A stretch of DNA of 31,778 bases from Candidatus Peribacterales bacterium (GCA_021731345.1 JAKFXO010000030.1:1-31778); one strand, 5' to 3'. Shown: positions 8,691-17,652, counted from the stretch's first letter. The notes: generated by a model from the letters alone, not told the origin. Translations and numbers: made by a program.

Positions 8691-9515
8691 TTAGCGTTTG
8701 CGGAACATACGACTATGGATACGCATTTGGTCGATGGCGGATGCCGATTCATCGCGAATTGTATTACCCGTGAGTGCGAGGAACGCATCCTCAAGACTTT
8801 GAGTCTTCGTCTGCTCCTTGAGCTCTGCAGAGGAACCGGAAGCCACGATCGTGCCGTGATCGATCACCGCGATGCGGGTGGCGACTTTGTCGGCTTCTTC
8901 CATGTAGTGCGTCGTGAGGAACACCGTGATGTTTTCTTTCTTATTCAAATCTGTGACGTACGACCACAAGTGATTACGAGTTTGAGGATCAAGCCCGATC
9001 GTTGGTTCATCGAGAAAGAGAATTTTTGGGTGATGCAAAAGTCCGCGCGCAATTTCAAGGCGGCGCTTCATGCCTCCGGAGAAATGCTTCACAAGATCAT
9101 TCGTACGATCAGCGAGACCGATGATCTCCATCAATTCTTTCATACGCTCCCGTCGGATTTTCGTCGGTACGCCGTACAAAATGCCGTGGAGCTCCAAATT
9201 TTCCCACGCAGTGAGCTCGTCATCGGTGCTCGGGTCTTGGAAAACAATGCCGAAAGACTTCCTCACCTTGTCTTGGTCTATCAGCGGATCAAAACCATTC
9301 ACGCGAATCTCACCCGAGGTCGGACGCAGAAGTGTCGTAAGCATTTTGATGGTTGTCGTCTTACCGGCACCGTTAGGTCCTAGAAACGCGAAAATCTCAC
9401 CCGGCTGTACCGAGAAGGTAATACCTTTCACTGCCGCAATGTCTCCGAAACTTTTTTTGAGATCGGTCACACTGACGATAGGCGCGCCGGAGGAAGAGGA
9501 GGGATTATGTGTCAT
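8691..9515 (-). CDS. ABC-2 type exporter ATP-binding protein (DrrA-like)
   Basis: Walker A GPNGAGKT, signature FSGGMKRR, Walker B LFLDEPT, H-loop TTHY. Start moved to ATG 9515, 13 nt after a TAGAAT box (9529-9534, minus strand). Confidence 0.93.
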   Translation of the reverse strand: MTHNPSSSSGAPIVSVTDLKKSFGDIAAVKGITFSVQPGEIFAFLGPNGAGKTTTIKMLTTLLRPTSGEIRVNGFDPLIDQDKVRKSFGIVFQDPSTDDELTAWENLELHGILYGVPTKIRRERMKELMEIIGLADRTNDLVKHFSGGMKRRLEIARGLLHHPKILFLDEPTIGLDPQTRNHLWSYVTDLNKKENITVFLTTHYMEEADKVATRIAVIDHGTIVASGSSAELKEQTKTQSLEDAFLALTGNTIRDESASAIDQMRIHSRMFRKR

Positions 9516-9553
9516 GAAGTGTGGACGGATTCTACTCTGAGCCATATGACGTA

Positions 9554-9568
9554 TGACAATCATTATCA
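9554..9568. promoter_or_regulatory. Fur-family-like 7-1-7 operator
   Basis: Minus strand reads TGATAAT-G-ATTGTCA against the consensus TGATAAT-N-ATTATCA (13 of 14 specified positions). Lies in the divergent ABC/PLD intergenic region. Confidence 0.55.
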
Positions 9569-9645
9569 TTGCAAAATACAAAAAGAGCTCCAAAGGAGCT
9601 TATGACGCGACGCACATGTGAGAGAGGTCTATACTGAACGCTGAC

Positions 9646-10803
9646 ATGCTTGAAAGCATCTTTAAATTTCGCCGCGCATTCCGTACATGCCTCAGGTCTC
9701 TCCGGGCATCATTAAAAGGACCAGAGCGAGGCAAAGCAAAGATGAAACGTGTCCTTGCGTCATTTAGTCCGGAACAACACAAAATGCTTCCAGAGGATTT
9801 GAAGGATTGTGCTCGTGTGTATTTTCGGAAAAAAGCATTCCGCAGAATGAAGCGTGCGATTGTGAGTGCGAAGACATCACTCGATATGCAGATGTTCATT
9901 TGGCGCGCTGATTCCACAGGCCGAGCAATGGCAGAGCTCTTCGTAGCTGCAGCAAATAGAGGCGTGAAAGTAAAAATCCGAAAAGAAATTGTGGGAGACG
10001 TCTTTGAATTCGCCGATGACTTTGCAGCTACCAAGAATGATTCTCACCACATCTGGAAATCATTTTGGAAACACCCAAACATCGAAGTTCTGCATGAAAA
10101 CCACCATGACCACTCCAAAACATTCGTCGTCGACAACGAACTTCTTCTCGTCTCGAGCATGAACATTGGTGACGCATACTGCAACGACTGGCACGAGTGT
10201 CTTGTGGAACTACGCGGAAAAAGATTTGTGGATGAATACCGCGACGGCAGAGCAGATATGCCACGCATGACCCATGCTGGGCACATTGCGGTACTCAGGA
10301 GCTCTGCGTCAGAACCTATGTTGCCTGCCGTACTGTCACTCATCGCAAGTGCAAAAAAGAGTATTCGCATCGAGATGGCGTATTTCTCCGATCCGCAGAT
10401 TGTTGAACTTCTTGCAAAAAAAACACGTGAAGGCGTGTACGTATTCCTCATCATCCCCCACTCTCCGGATGTACATCACCACTCCAATCTTGCTGCTGTT
10501 GCGAAGCTTCTGAGCCATGCAAAGAAACGTCGCACGTTTGTCTTCCGCTACACACGCGGACTCCTACACACCAAGATGATCGTTATCGACCGCCACACTC
10601 TCTTCATCGGTTCCACAAATCTCATTACGTCCTCTCTCACGAGGATGGGTGAAACGAACGTTATTATTCACCGGCATCCGCGCCGCTGTCTCAGAATCGT
10701 GCGACGCCAATTTACAAAAGATGTGCTGCAGAGCGTAAAGCTTGAAGCCGAGGAAATCACCAGCACGGTCTGGCAGAGATTTCTCACAACGCTGGGTCTC
10801 TAA
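9646..10803 (+). CDS. Phospholipase D superfamily protein (cardiolipin synthase-like, two HKD motifs)
   Basis: HSKTFVVD...SSMNIG and HTKMIVID...GSTNL. No N-terminal TM helices; basic N-terminus. Confidence 0.88.
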   Translation: MLESIFKFRRAFRTCLRSLRASLKGPERGKAKMKRVLASFSPEQHKMLPEDLKDCARVYFRKKAFRRMKRAIVSAKTSLDMQMFIWRADSTGRAMAELFVAAANRGVKVKIRKEIVGDVFEFADDFAATKNDSHHIWKSFWKHPNIEVLHENHHDHSKTFVVDNELLLVSSMNIGDAYCNDWHECLVELRGKRFVDEYRDGRADMPRMTHAGHIAVLRSSASEPMLPAVLSLIASAKKSIRIEMAYFSDPQIVELLAKKTREGVYVFLIIPHSPDVHHHSNLAAVAKLLSHAKKRRTFVFRYTRGLLHTKMIVIDRHTLFIGSTNLITSSLTRMGETNVIIHRHPRRCLRIVRRQFTKDVLQSVKLEAEEITSTVWQRFLTTLGL

Positions 10804-11985
10804 TTATTCGATCCAGAGGAGCAAGCTTTTAAGGTAGTCGACTTCGGGATGGAAAATATTCACCGGATGGTCATACGCTTGGCGATGACGCTCAAGAATG
10901 CGTACGGAGCGGCGTGCCTGCTGCGCTGCGTGGAAGATAACGGTCTGGAACAGCTGATGATCAATCTGGTAACTACACGAGCATGTCAGGAGCAGGCTTC
11001 CAGGGACAAGAGCCTCCATCGCCATACGGTTCATGTCGGTATAGGCGTACTTCGCGCGCTCAATATCTGTACTGCGCTTAGCGAATGCTGGCGGATCAAG
11101 AATGATGAAGTCGTATTTGCGTGGCAAAGGCTTCCGACGCAGGAACGCGAAGACGTCTTCAGAGTATCCCGCAAACGAACCAGGTTTCGTACCATTGATT
11201 TTCATGTGCTCCGTCGCCTTTTCGATAGCGGCTTTGTCGTAGTCCACAGCATCAGCGGACTTGGCTCCGCCGGCGAGCGCGTTCAAGGAGAAGCCTCCAA
11301 CGTAACTGCAGCAGTCTAGGACTGTGCGGCCGTCAGCAAGCTTCTTCACGAGTGAACGCATCTCGCGCTGATCCAAAAATAGTCCCGTCTTCTGACTTCC
11401 CATGAGGGTGATCAAGTATTTAAGCCCGCGCTCCCTCACCGTGATCGTGTCTGGTCCTTTGCCCATCACCCATCCTTCGCGCGGTTCCATACCCTCTTTC
11501 TTTCTACCGGGGCCGGCTGACTTTTCAAAGATTGCCGCAGGTTTTAGTAAGTCCACGAGCGTCTTGATGATCCAGTCTTTGAGATTATCCATGCCTTTCG
11601 TCGTCAGCTGAATGACGATGACAGAGTCATACTTATCTACGATGAGCCCAGGAACGCCGTCCCCTTCTGCGTTAATAAAACGATAGGCATTCGTATCTTC
11701 TTTGTTGAAGAACAGCTGCCGAAGATCGATCGCGCGCTTCATCGTTTCCCTAAGCTCCACAAGCGGATCTCCTTTTTTAAATGCGATTGCACGAGCACAG
11801 ATATAAGCCTTTCGGTTCAGCGTCGCGTAACACAAAAAACCACCGTCAGAACCCTGTACCTCGACGATCGTTCCATCCGGACAATCTGGAAATGCAGACA
11901 CCGACGTCTGAAACACGGCATGGTGCCTGTTTTTCAGGTGTGGATCGCGGCCGGGCTTGAGACGAAGAACGGGATAAGTCGTCAT
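10804..11985 (-). CDS. rlmI: 23S rRNA m5C1962 methyltransferase (RlmI family)
   Basis: N-terminal PUA-like domain, NAEGDGVPGLIVDKY, QKTGLFLDQRE, IILDPPAFAK, LLTCSCS. Confidence 0.85.
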   Translation of the reverse strand: MTTYPVLRLKPGRDPHLKNRHHAVFQTSVSAFPDCPDGTIVEVQGSDGGFLCYATLNRKAYICARAIAFKKGDPLVELRETMKRAIDLRQLFFNKEDTNAYRFINAEGDGVPGLIVDKYDSVIVIQLTTKGMDNLKDWIIKTLVDLLKPAAIFEKSAGPGRKKEGMEPREGWVMGKGPDTITVRERGLKYLITLMGSQKTGLFLDQREMRSLVKKLADGRTVLDCCSYVGGFSLNALAGGAKSADAVDYDKAAIEKATEHMKINGTKPGSFAGYSEDVFAFLRRKPLPRKYDFIILDPPAFAKRSTDIERAKYAYTDMNRMAMEALVPGSLLLTCSCSYQIDHQLFQTVIFHAAQQARRSVRILERHRQAYDHPVNIFHPEVDYLKSLLLWIE

Positions 11986-12053
11986 GACCGGGAGAGGGTA
12001 TCAGAAACAGGTGAAGCGTGCAGGCAGAAAGCTGTCAGAGTAAGCTCTGAGCC

Positions 12054-12845
12054 ATGTCCTTCTGGAGCGCGCTCTGGCCACGAGCCCTGACAACAAAGCG
12101 TCTTGAACGTGAGAAGCAGCAGATCGCAGCGCAAGACGGTCCGTGGACTGCCCACAACATCCCGCTCGGGCACGGCCTCACCACCATGGGCGTGCAGAGG
12201 AACTACGACACAGCAAAGCTCGAGCTCTGCATGAAGACGATCGCCGAGAATGCAGGTAAGCCAATCGCTGCGCTCCGCATCCTAGATCTCGCATGTCTCG
12301 AAGGAATGTACTCCATCGAATTCGCACGGTTCGGCGCAGAGGTCGTGGGAATAGAAGTGCGCGAACTTAATCTCAGGAAAGCTCGGTTTGCGAAAAAAGC
12401 ACTGGGACTCCGAAACGTCGAATTCTTTCAAGACGACGTACGTAACATCAACCATCACACCTACGGTGAATTCGACGTCGTGCTCATGACCGGCATCCTC
12501 TACCACATTGATCAAGTCGATCAGCTCCCATTCCTCGCGGCTGCATCTGACATGTGCAAAAACCTGATGTACATCGATACCCACGTCGCACTGACTCCGG
12601 ACAGAGAATTCACAGCGGACGGCATGACCTTCACGGGTAGTGAGTGGCAAGAATTTGCACCAAACGCGACACTCGCGGAACGCGAGAAAATGCTCTGGGC
12701 ATCATTTGAAAACCCGAAGAGCTTCAAGCTCTCACTACCGTCTCTTCACGCCGCACTAAAACACGTCGGCTTCACAGCAACCGAAGTGTTACCGAAGATC
12801 GACAAGCAGCCAGCAGACCGTCTGGTGATTTTGGCCAAAAAATAA
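12054..12845 (+). CDS. Class I SAM-dependent methyltransferase, substrate unknown (CmoB/DUF1698-like)
   Basis: RILDLACLEGMYS, VVGIEVR, FDVVLMTGILYH. Confidence 0.82.
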   Translation: MSFWSALWPRALTTKRLEREKQQIAAQDGPWTAHNIPLGHGLTTMGVQRNYDTAKLELCMKTIAENAGKPIAALRILDLACLEGMYSIEFARFGAEVVGIEVRELNLRKARFAKKALGLRNVEFFQDDVRNINHHTYGEFDVVLMTGILYHIDQVDQLPFLAAASDMCKNLMYIDTHVALTPDREFTADGMTFTGSEWQEFAPNATLAEREKMLWASFENPKSFKLSLPSLHAALKHVGFTATEVLPKIDKQPADRLVILAKK

Positions 12846-12884
12846 TCCAACTCAAGGAATTATTAAACCACAACCAATGGGCAG

Positions 12885-12970
12885 GCGCGCGCAGTAGTGG
12901 GGGTCTGCTGGCGGGAGTCTGCGCGCACGCGCTTTTTTGGTCCTTTTTTGTCGCTCGGACAAAAAAGGAC
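12885..12970. repeat. Double palindromic intergenic element (GC stem plus 13-bp perfect inverted repeat)
   Basis: GCGCGCAG (12887-12894) / CTGCGCGC (12919-12926) followed by a T-run, then GTCCTTTTTTGTC-GCTCG-GACAAAAAAGGAC (12940-12970). Confidence 0.75.
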
Positions 12971-12978
12971 AAGAATGA

Positions 12979-13422
12979 TTAATGGTGATATCCACTCCCT
13001 GCCAAAATCGCATGTGCGCGGTACAGCTGTTCTAAAAATACGAGTTTGCAGAGTTCATGCGGAAGCGTCATGCGGCTCAGTGACAGCACAAGTCTCGCCT
13101 TTGACCTGATTCTGTCATCTAGGCCGTACGCACCGCCAAGAACGAATGTGACCGATTGGCCGCTATCGCGCTGCTTGCCAATCCATGATGCAAATTCGGT
13201 CGAGGAAAACTCTTTGCCTTTGTCATCAAGCGCGACGATGACACCGCTCGTCTTCTCAAGCGCATCGAGAATTTTTTGACGCTCTTCTTTTTCATCACCA
13301 GCACTCAGCACGCGTTCCGAAAGATCACACGAATGACCAAGGCGTTCGGTAAAAACTTCGCAACCATCTTTGATCCACGGTGTCTTCACCTTCCCGACGG
13401 AAAGGAGTGTGATTTTGTGCAT
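12979..13422 (-). CDS. rlmH: 23S rRNA m3Psi1915 methyltransferase
   Basis: ITLLSVGK, VALDDKGKEFSSTEFA, FVLGGAYGL, SLSRMTLPHELCKLVFLEQLYRA...YHH. Confidence 0.95.
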   Translation of the reverse strand: MHKITLLSVGKVKTPWIKDGCEVFTERLGHSCDLSERVLSAGDEKEERQKILDALEKTSGVIVALDDKGKEFSSTEFASWIGKQRDSGQSVTFVLGGAYGLDDRIRSKARLVLSLSRMTLPHELCKLVFLEQLYRAHAILAGSGYHH

Positions 13423-14898
13423 TTACTTGCGGTGCAGAAGCGCCACAAGTTCGATGTGCGCTGTGTGCGGGAACATATCGACCGGCTGTACGGTGCGAAG
13501 TTCGTAACCATTCTTGAGGAACTCACCAAGATCACGTGCAAACGTCGCAGCATTACAAGATGTATACACAATTTTCTCCGGACGATGCGTAATGATGGAC
13601 TCCATGGCAGCCGGATGCAGACCGACGCGCGGAGGATCAACGACGACAACGTTGAACTTATATTTTCCACCCGGCTTGAGCTGCTGATGCAGAACCTGCT
13701 CAGCCTTTCCTTTGTAGAAGCTGATGTTGCCGATGCGGTTTCTACCGGCGGAACGAAGCGCATCATCAATGGCAGATGGATGTGACTCAATACCGACAAC
13801 TTTCTCGCAGTAACGAGCCAAGTACTGACCGATGGTTCCCATGCCGCAGTAGGCATCCAGCACCGTATCTTTCATGTTGAGATCGGCAGCCGTACGGATG
13901 GCCGAGTACAACTTCTCGGTTGCGAGCGTATTGGTCTGGAAGAACGAGAACGGCGAAATCTGGAATGAGAGATCAAACAGGCGCTCCGTGATCCACTGTT
14001 CTCCTACAAGCGCGTGAATCTTTGGCTCCTCCGGTTTGTCGTTCAATCCAAAGTGCTCAACGATGAGAAGTGACTTCAGATTCGGACGACCGGCAAAACG
14101 CAGGAATTTTTGGAATAGTGGCTCGAGTTCTTTCTTGCGCGCCTGTACCACGAAACAAATCATCTGCTCGTTGGTGTGAATACCGCGTCGAAGGATAATG
14201 TTTCTGAGCATGCCCTTGTGCGTTTTTGGGTTATAGACCGGAAGTTTGGTATCAACCATGAAACGACGGACGTCAGACAGAAGTGTTGGAAGCTGCTCAT
14301 CGTACAAGTGACACTCAGTCACCGGAAGAATGGTTGCCCACTCGCCTGCTTGGTGGAAACCGATGCCCGGATTCTCATCAAAGAAAATGCGCTGCGGTTT
14401 TCCGCCGGGAACTTTTGGCGGCTGATGTTCGGTGCGCATGTTTGCGTAACCGAATGTGAGCTCAAGCTTATTGCGATAATGAAAAACCTGTGGGCTCGGG
14501 ATGATCTTGAGAACGCGACCAGGAAGCTGCTTACGAACGGCAGGATCCACCGGTGTGAGGTGCTCGAGAGTCTCGCGGACAATGTCCTCCTTATATTGGA
14601 TCTGCTTGTTATAGGAGAGGTTCTGCCACACACAGCCTCCGCAGGTGCCAAAGTGGGCACACTTCGCGACGATCTCATCTTTGGACCGCATGATGACCTT
14701 CTCGACTCGCGCTTCGTAGAACGTGTCCTTTTTCTTCGTAATGACCGCAGAGACCTTCTGACCAGGGATAGCGCCTGTGACAAACACAGGTAAGCCGCCA
14801 ATCGTCGCAAAACCAGCTCCTCCGTGGGCAAATTTCTCAATCGTCAGCACATGGGACTGCCCTGGCTGCACTACGATGGGGTCTGGGGTACTTGACAT
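13423..14898 (-). CDS. rlmD: 23S rRNA m5U1939 methyltransferase
   Basis: TRAM domain, CAHFGTCGGC Fe-S motif, SFFQTN, DAYCGMG, VDPPRVG, YTSCN, DMFPHTAHIE. Confidence 0.92.
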   Translation of the reverse strand: MSSTPDPIVVQPGQSHVLTIEKFAHGGAGFATIGGLPVFVTGAIPGQKVSAVITKKKDTFYEARVEKVIMRSKDEIVAKCAHFGTCGGCVWQNLSYNKQIQYKEDIVRETLEHLTPVDPAVRKQLPGRVLKIIPSPQVFHYRNKLELTFGYANMRTEHQPPKVPGGKPQRIFFDENPGIGFHQAGEWATILPVTECHLYDEQLPTLLSDVRRFMVDTKLPVYNPKTHKGMLRNIILRRGIHTNEQMICFVVQARKKELEPLFQKFLRFAGRPNLKSLLIVEHFGLNDKPEEPKIHALVGEQWITERLFDLSFQISPFSFFQTNTLATEKLYSAIRTAADLNMKDTVLDAYCGMGTIGQYLARYCEKVVGIESHPSAIDDALRSAGRNRIGNISFYKGKAEQVLHQQLKPGGKYKFNVVVVDPPRVGLHPAAMESIITHRPEKIVYTSCNAATFARDLGEFLKNGYELRTVQPVDMFPHTAHIELVALLHRK

Positions 14899-14920
14899 TA
14901 TTCGAGCTATATAGTATAAA
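14892..14920 (+). promoter_or_regulatory. Near-consensus sigma70 promoter for the metallopeptidase gene
   Basis: TTGACA (14892-14897), 17 nt, TATAAA (14915-14920). The -35 overlaps the rlmD start codon on the opposite strand. Confidence 0.7.
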
Positions 14921-14939
14921 TTAACACTTTTTGCATTCT

Positions 14940-15791
14940 ATGCACTCTTTCAACTCCTCTCCGGCGCCGGTAAGAAAGGCGTTCCACCTCCTTATCGGGG
15001 GAACGATGCTCGGGGTTCTTGTGACTACAGTCATGGTAGCACGGACGAATGAGCTCGCAAGCAGAAGTGATTTTCACGCCGCCGCACCACGCTTTGTCTC
15101 TAAAGCTCCATCTACGAAGCCGGTCATTCTTCCGGTGCACAAAGCGTCGACGAAACTGCTTCCTGTCGTTGACCAAGATGACATCATCCCCCGCCACCAG
15201 GCACTTGCAGATCAGGTCCTTCGTTCACTGCCAAGTCACTGCAGAGATCACCTGCAAAACTTTTACGTGAACTATGACAAGAATGCAGCAAACCGCGGAC
15301 TTGGTGGCGAAAGCACGATCATCATTATTGGTAACGTTCCGGACCGCGAGTTCCGCGCTCTTCTTATCCACGAGTGCGGACATGTCGCTGATCTCGGCGG
15401 GCTACGTGGAACAATGGAGGGAGGAAAAACGAGCTTCTTCGATGGCAACACGCCAATTTATGGTAACGATCCAAGCGTCGCTTTCTACGCCATCAGCTGG
15501 ATCACGCCACAGATCAACCAGCCAGGAACAAAGGAGAGTGACTTCGTCTCCGGTTACGCAGCGTCTGATCCATTTGAGGATTTTGCCGAAGCTTATGCAT
15601 ACTACGCACTCCAGAAGGAATCATTTCAGCAGCTCGCTGCAAAAAATCCGGTCATCAAAGCAAAGTACGACTTCATGGATCAGGTCGTGTTCGCAGGCTC
15701 CACTGTAGTAGCAAAGGGGCAGCACGTACCGAGCAAGAAAGTACCGTGGGACGTCACGAAGCTGCCATACGTTTGGCACGCAAAAAGATAG
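14940..15791 (+). CDS. Membrane-anchored or secreted zinc metallopeptidase (ATLF/PPEP/Peptidase_Mx1-like zincin)
   Basis: N-terminal hydrophobic anchor, LLIHECGH (HExxH), downstream FVSGYAASDPFEDFAE. First ATG at 14940. Confidence 0.8.
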   Translation: MHSFNSSPAPVRKAFHLLIGGTMLGVLVTTVMVARTNELASRSDFHAAAPRFVSKAPSTKPVILPVHKASTKLLPVVDQDDIIPRHQALADQVLRSLPSHCRDHLQNFYVNYDKNAANRGLGGESTIIIIGNVPDREFRALLIHECGHVADLGGLRGTMEGGKTSFFDGNTPIYGNDPSVAFYAISWITPQINQPGTKESDFVSGYAASDPFEDFAEAYAYYALQKESFQQLAAKNPVIKAKYDFMDQVVFAGSTVVAKGQHVPSKKVPWDVTKLPYVWHAKR

Positions 15792-15793
15792 CG

Positions 15794-15822
15794 TGAAAGG
15801 AAGTCTTTCGAGACTTCTTTCA
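15794..15822 (+). terminator. Hairpin with TTCG loop after the peptidase gene
   Basis: TGAAAGGAAGTCT-TTCG-AGACTTCTTTCA (12 bp with one bulge). Confidence 0.6.
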
Positions 15823-15888
15823 TAGACTATCCTTCCGACGTGGAAGAGAAACACGGACAAGGAAAGGACAAATCGCTATGATTGCCGC

Positions 15889-16665
15889 ATGCGCCGAACA
15901 TTTCTTTTGCTCTGCTGGCTCGCGACGGACATCGCGCTCTTCATCGCGGCGTACGCTGTCGCATACTTCTTGCGCGTAGGGTTCATCGTCTCCACGGACT
16001 TCCCGCTGGATAAATACATGCAGACGGCGCTCATCGTCGCACCGTTTTGGATCGGCACGATGCTCGAACTTGGCATCTTCCGACTGACACGTATCCAAGG
16101 AAGCCGCAAAAATCTAACGCACATTCTCTTCTCATGCGTGCTCGCATCGGCGCTCTTTACACTCACGTACTACTTCCTGCATAACAACTTCTTTAGTCGC
16201 TTGCTTCTTGTGTATGCAGGGCTGATCAATCTTGGATTTACTATCGTATGGCATCTGGCCTTTGACTCATGGCAACGCAAGGTGCTGCGCAAAAACCCAG
16301 CAGCGTATCCGGTACTCATCGTGGGGCTCAACCGAGAAGCAGAACGTCTGATTGATCTGCTTGAGGACAAACAGTCGCCGTTTAAACCAGTCGCAATCTT
16401 AGACGGACAAGGCACGAGCAAGACAGAGGTGCGAGGCGTTCCAGTTCTCGGAAAACTCAACAAGCTTGAGGAGGTCATCAAAAATCTGAAGCCATCACAT
16501 CTCATTCAGTGCAGTCATCTTGAGCACACCATCAACCTCATGAGTGTCTGTAGGCAGCACAAAATGACATACCTCCTGCTTCCGAGCGTGCTTGGTGCAG
16601 TAGAAGGTTACGGCGAACAGATCGAAGGAAAATCATTCATCAAAGCTGATCACGAAAGCTGGTAA
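15889..16665 (+). CDS. WcaJ/WbaP-like N-terminal module (4 TM plus Rossmann-like domain) without the catalytic phosphoglycosyl transferase domain
   Basis: DIALFIAAYAVAYFLR, RLLLVY, VLIVGLNREAERL, PVAILD, VPVLGKLNKL. The ORF stops where the catalytic domain would start. Confidence 0.75.
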   Translation: MRRTFLLLCWLATDIALFIAAYAVAYFLRVGFIVSTDFPLDKYMQTALIVAPFWIGTMLELGIFRLTRIQGSRKNLTHILFSCVLASALFTLTYYFLHNNFFSRLLLVYAGLINLGFTIVWHLAFDSWQRKVLRKNPAAYPVLIVGLNREAERLIDLLEDKQSPFKPVAILDGQGTSKTEVRGVPVLGKLNKLEEVIKNLKPSHLIQCSHLEHTINLMSVCRQHKMTYLLLPSVLGAVEGYGEQIEGKSFIKADHESW

Positions 16666-16680
16666 TCTTTCTGAATTCCG

Positions 16681-17652
16681 ATGCAGTGCTTCATTCTCGC
16701 CGGCGGATTTGCCACCCGTTTGTGGCCGCTCACTGAGCGCAGAGCCAAGCCACTTTTACCCATCGCGGGTAAGCCAATTTTGACGTACGCAGTCGATGCA
16801 GTGCCTTCAGAATTGCAGATCACCGTCAGCACTAACGCCGCGTTCGCAGAAGACTTCAACGTGTGGAAGAAAACATTGAAACGACAGAACATCACGATCT
16901 CCATCGAAGATGCGGGGCACGAAGATCAAAAACTTGGAGCACTTGGTGCAATTGCGCGTTGGATTCGCGAGGAAAAAATCGACGATGATGTCCTTCTACT
17001 CGCCGGTGATAACTTTGCTGCCTGCGACATGTCAGCATTTCTCAAACTCTTTCGCGGTAAGCCACTCGTCGCTGGTCATGACATCGGAGATACGGACGCA
17101 GCCAAGGCCTTCGGCACGATCATTACAAAGGAGGAGGTAGGATCGGCACTTCGCACTGTGACATCTTTTGAGGAAAAGCCTGCACACCCCAAGTCCACAG
17201 TGGTTTCTACAGGCTGGTGGGTGCTTCCACGCTCGTCGCTCTCTGTCCTTACGGAACATGCAGCTAAGCACCCAGACAACGTCGGTGGTGTGTTTGAGGA
17301 ATTTCTCCGCCGCAACATTCCGGTCGACTGCTTCATCTTCCGAGAGCTCTGGAAAGACATCGGATCGTTTGATGCGTACATGTCGCTGCATCGTGATCTC
17401 GTCGGAGAAAAAGCTATCACAAGTCCCACTGCGTCCTTCAGTCCAGACTCAGAACTCAAAGGCGCAGTCGACCTAGGTCCAAAAACAACAATTACAAAGT
17501 CTGTGCTCACGGATTGCATCGTCTTTGGAAACACAACCATCGATGACTGTGTGCTCACGCGCTGCATCATTGATGAAGGCTGCTCGCTTACAGGCGTTGA
17601 TTTGACGGACAAAATGCTCCGCGCGGGCACGGTACTGCATTTGAAGCCGTAA
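16681..17652 (+). CDS. Sugar-1-phosphate nucleotidyltransferase with C-terminal left-handed beta-helix
   Basis: ILAGGFATRLWPLT, KPLLPIAGKPIL, LLAGDN, FEEKP, WKDIG, and C-terminal hexapeptide-like repeats. Confidence 0.88.
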   Translation: MQCFILAGGFATRLWPLTERRAKPLLPIAGKPILTYAVDAVPSELQITVSTNAAFAEDFNVWKKTLKRQNITISIEDAGHEDQKLGALGAIARWIREEKIDDDVLLLAGDNFAACDMSAFLKLFRGKPLVAGHDIGDTDAAKAFGTIITKEEVGSALRTVTSFEEKPAHPKSTVVSTGWWVLPRSSLSVLTEHAAKHPDNVGGVFEEFLRRNIPVDCFIFRELWKDIGSFDAYMSLHRDLVGEKAITSPTASFSPDSELKGAVDLGPKTTITKSVLTDCIVFGNTTIDDCVLTRCIIDEGCSLTGVDLTDKMLRAGTVLHLKP

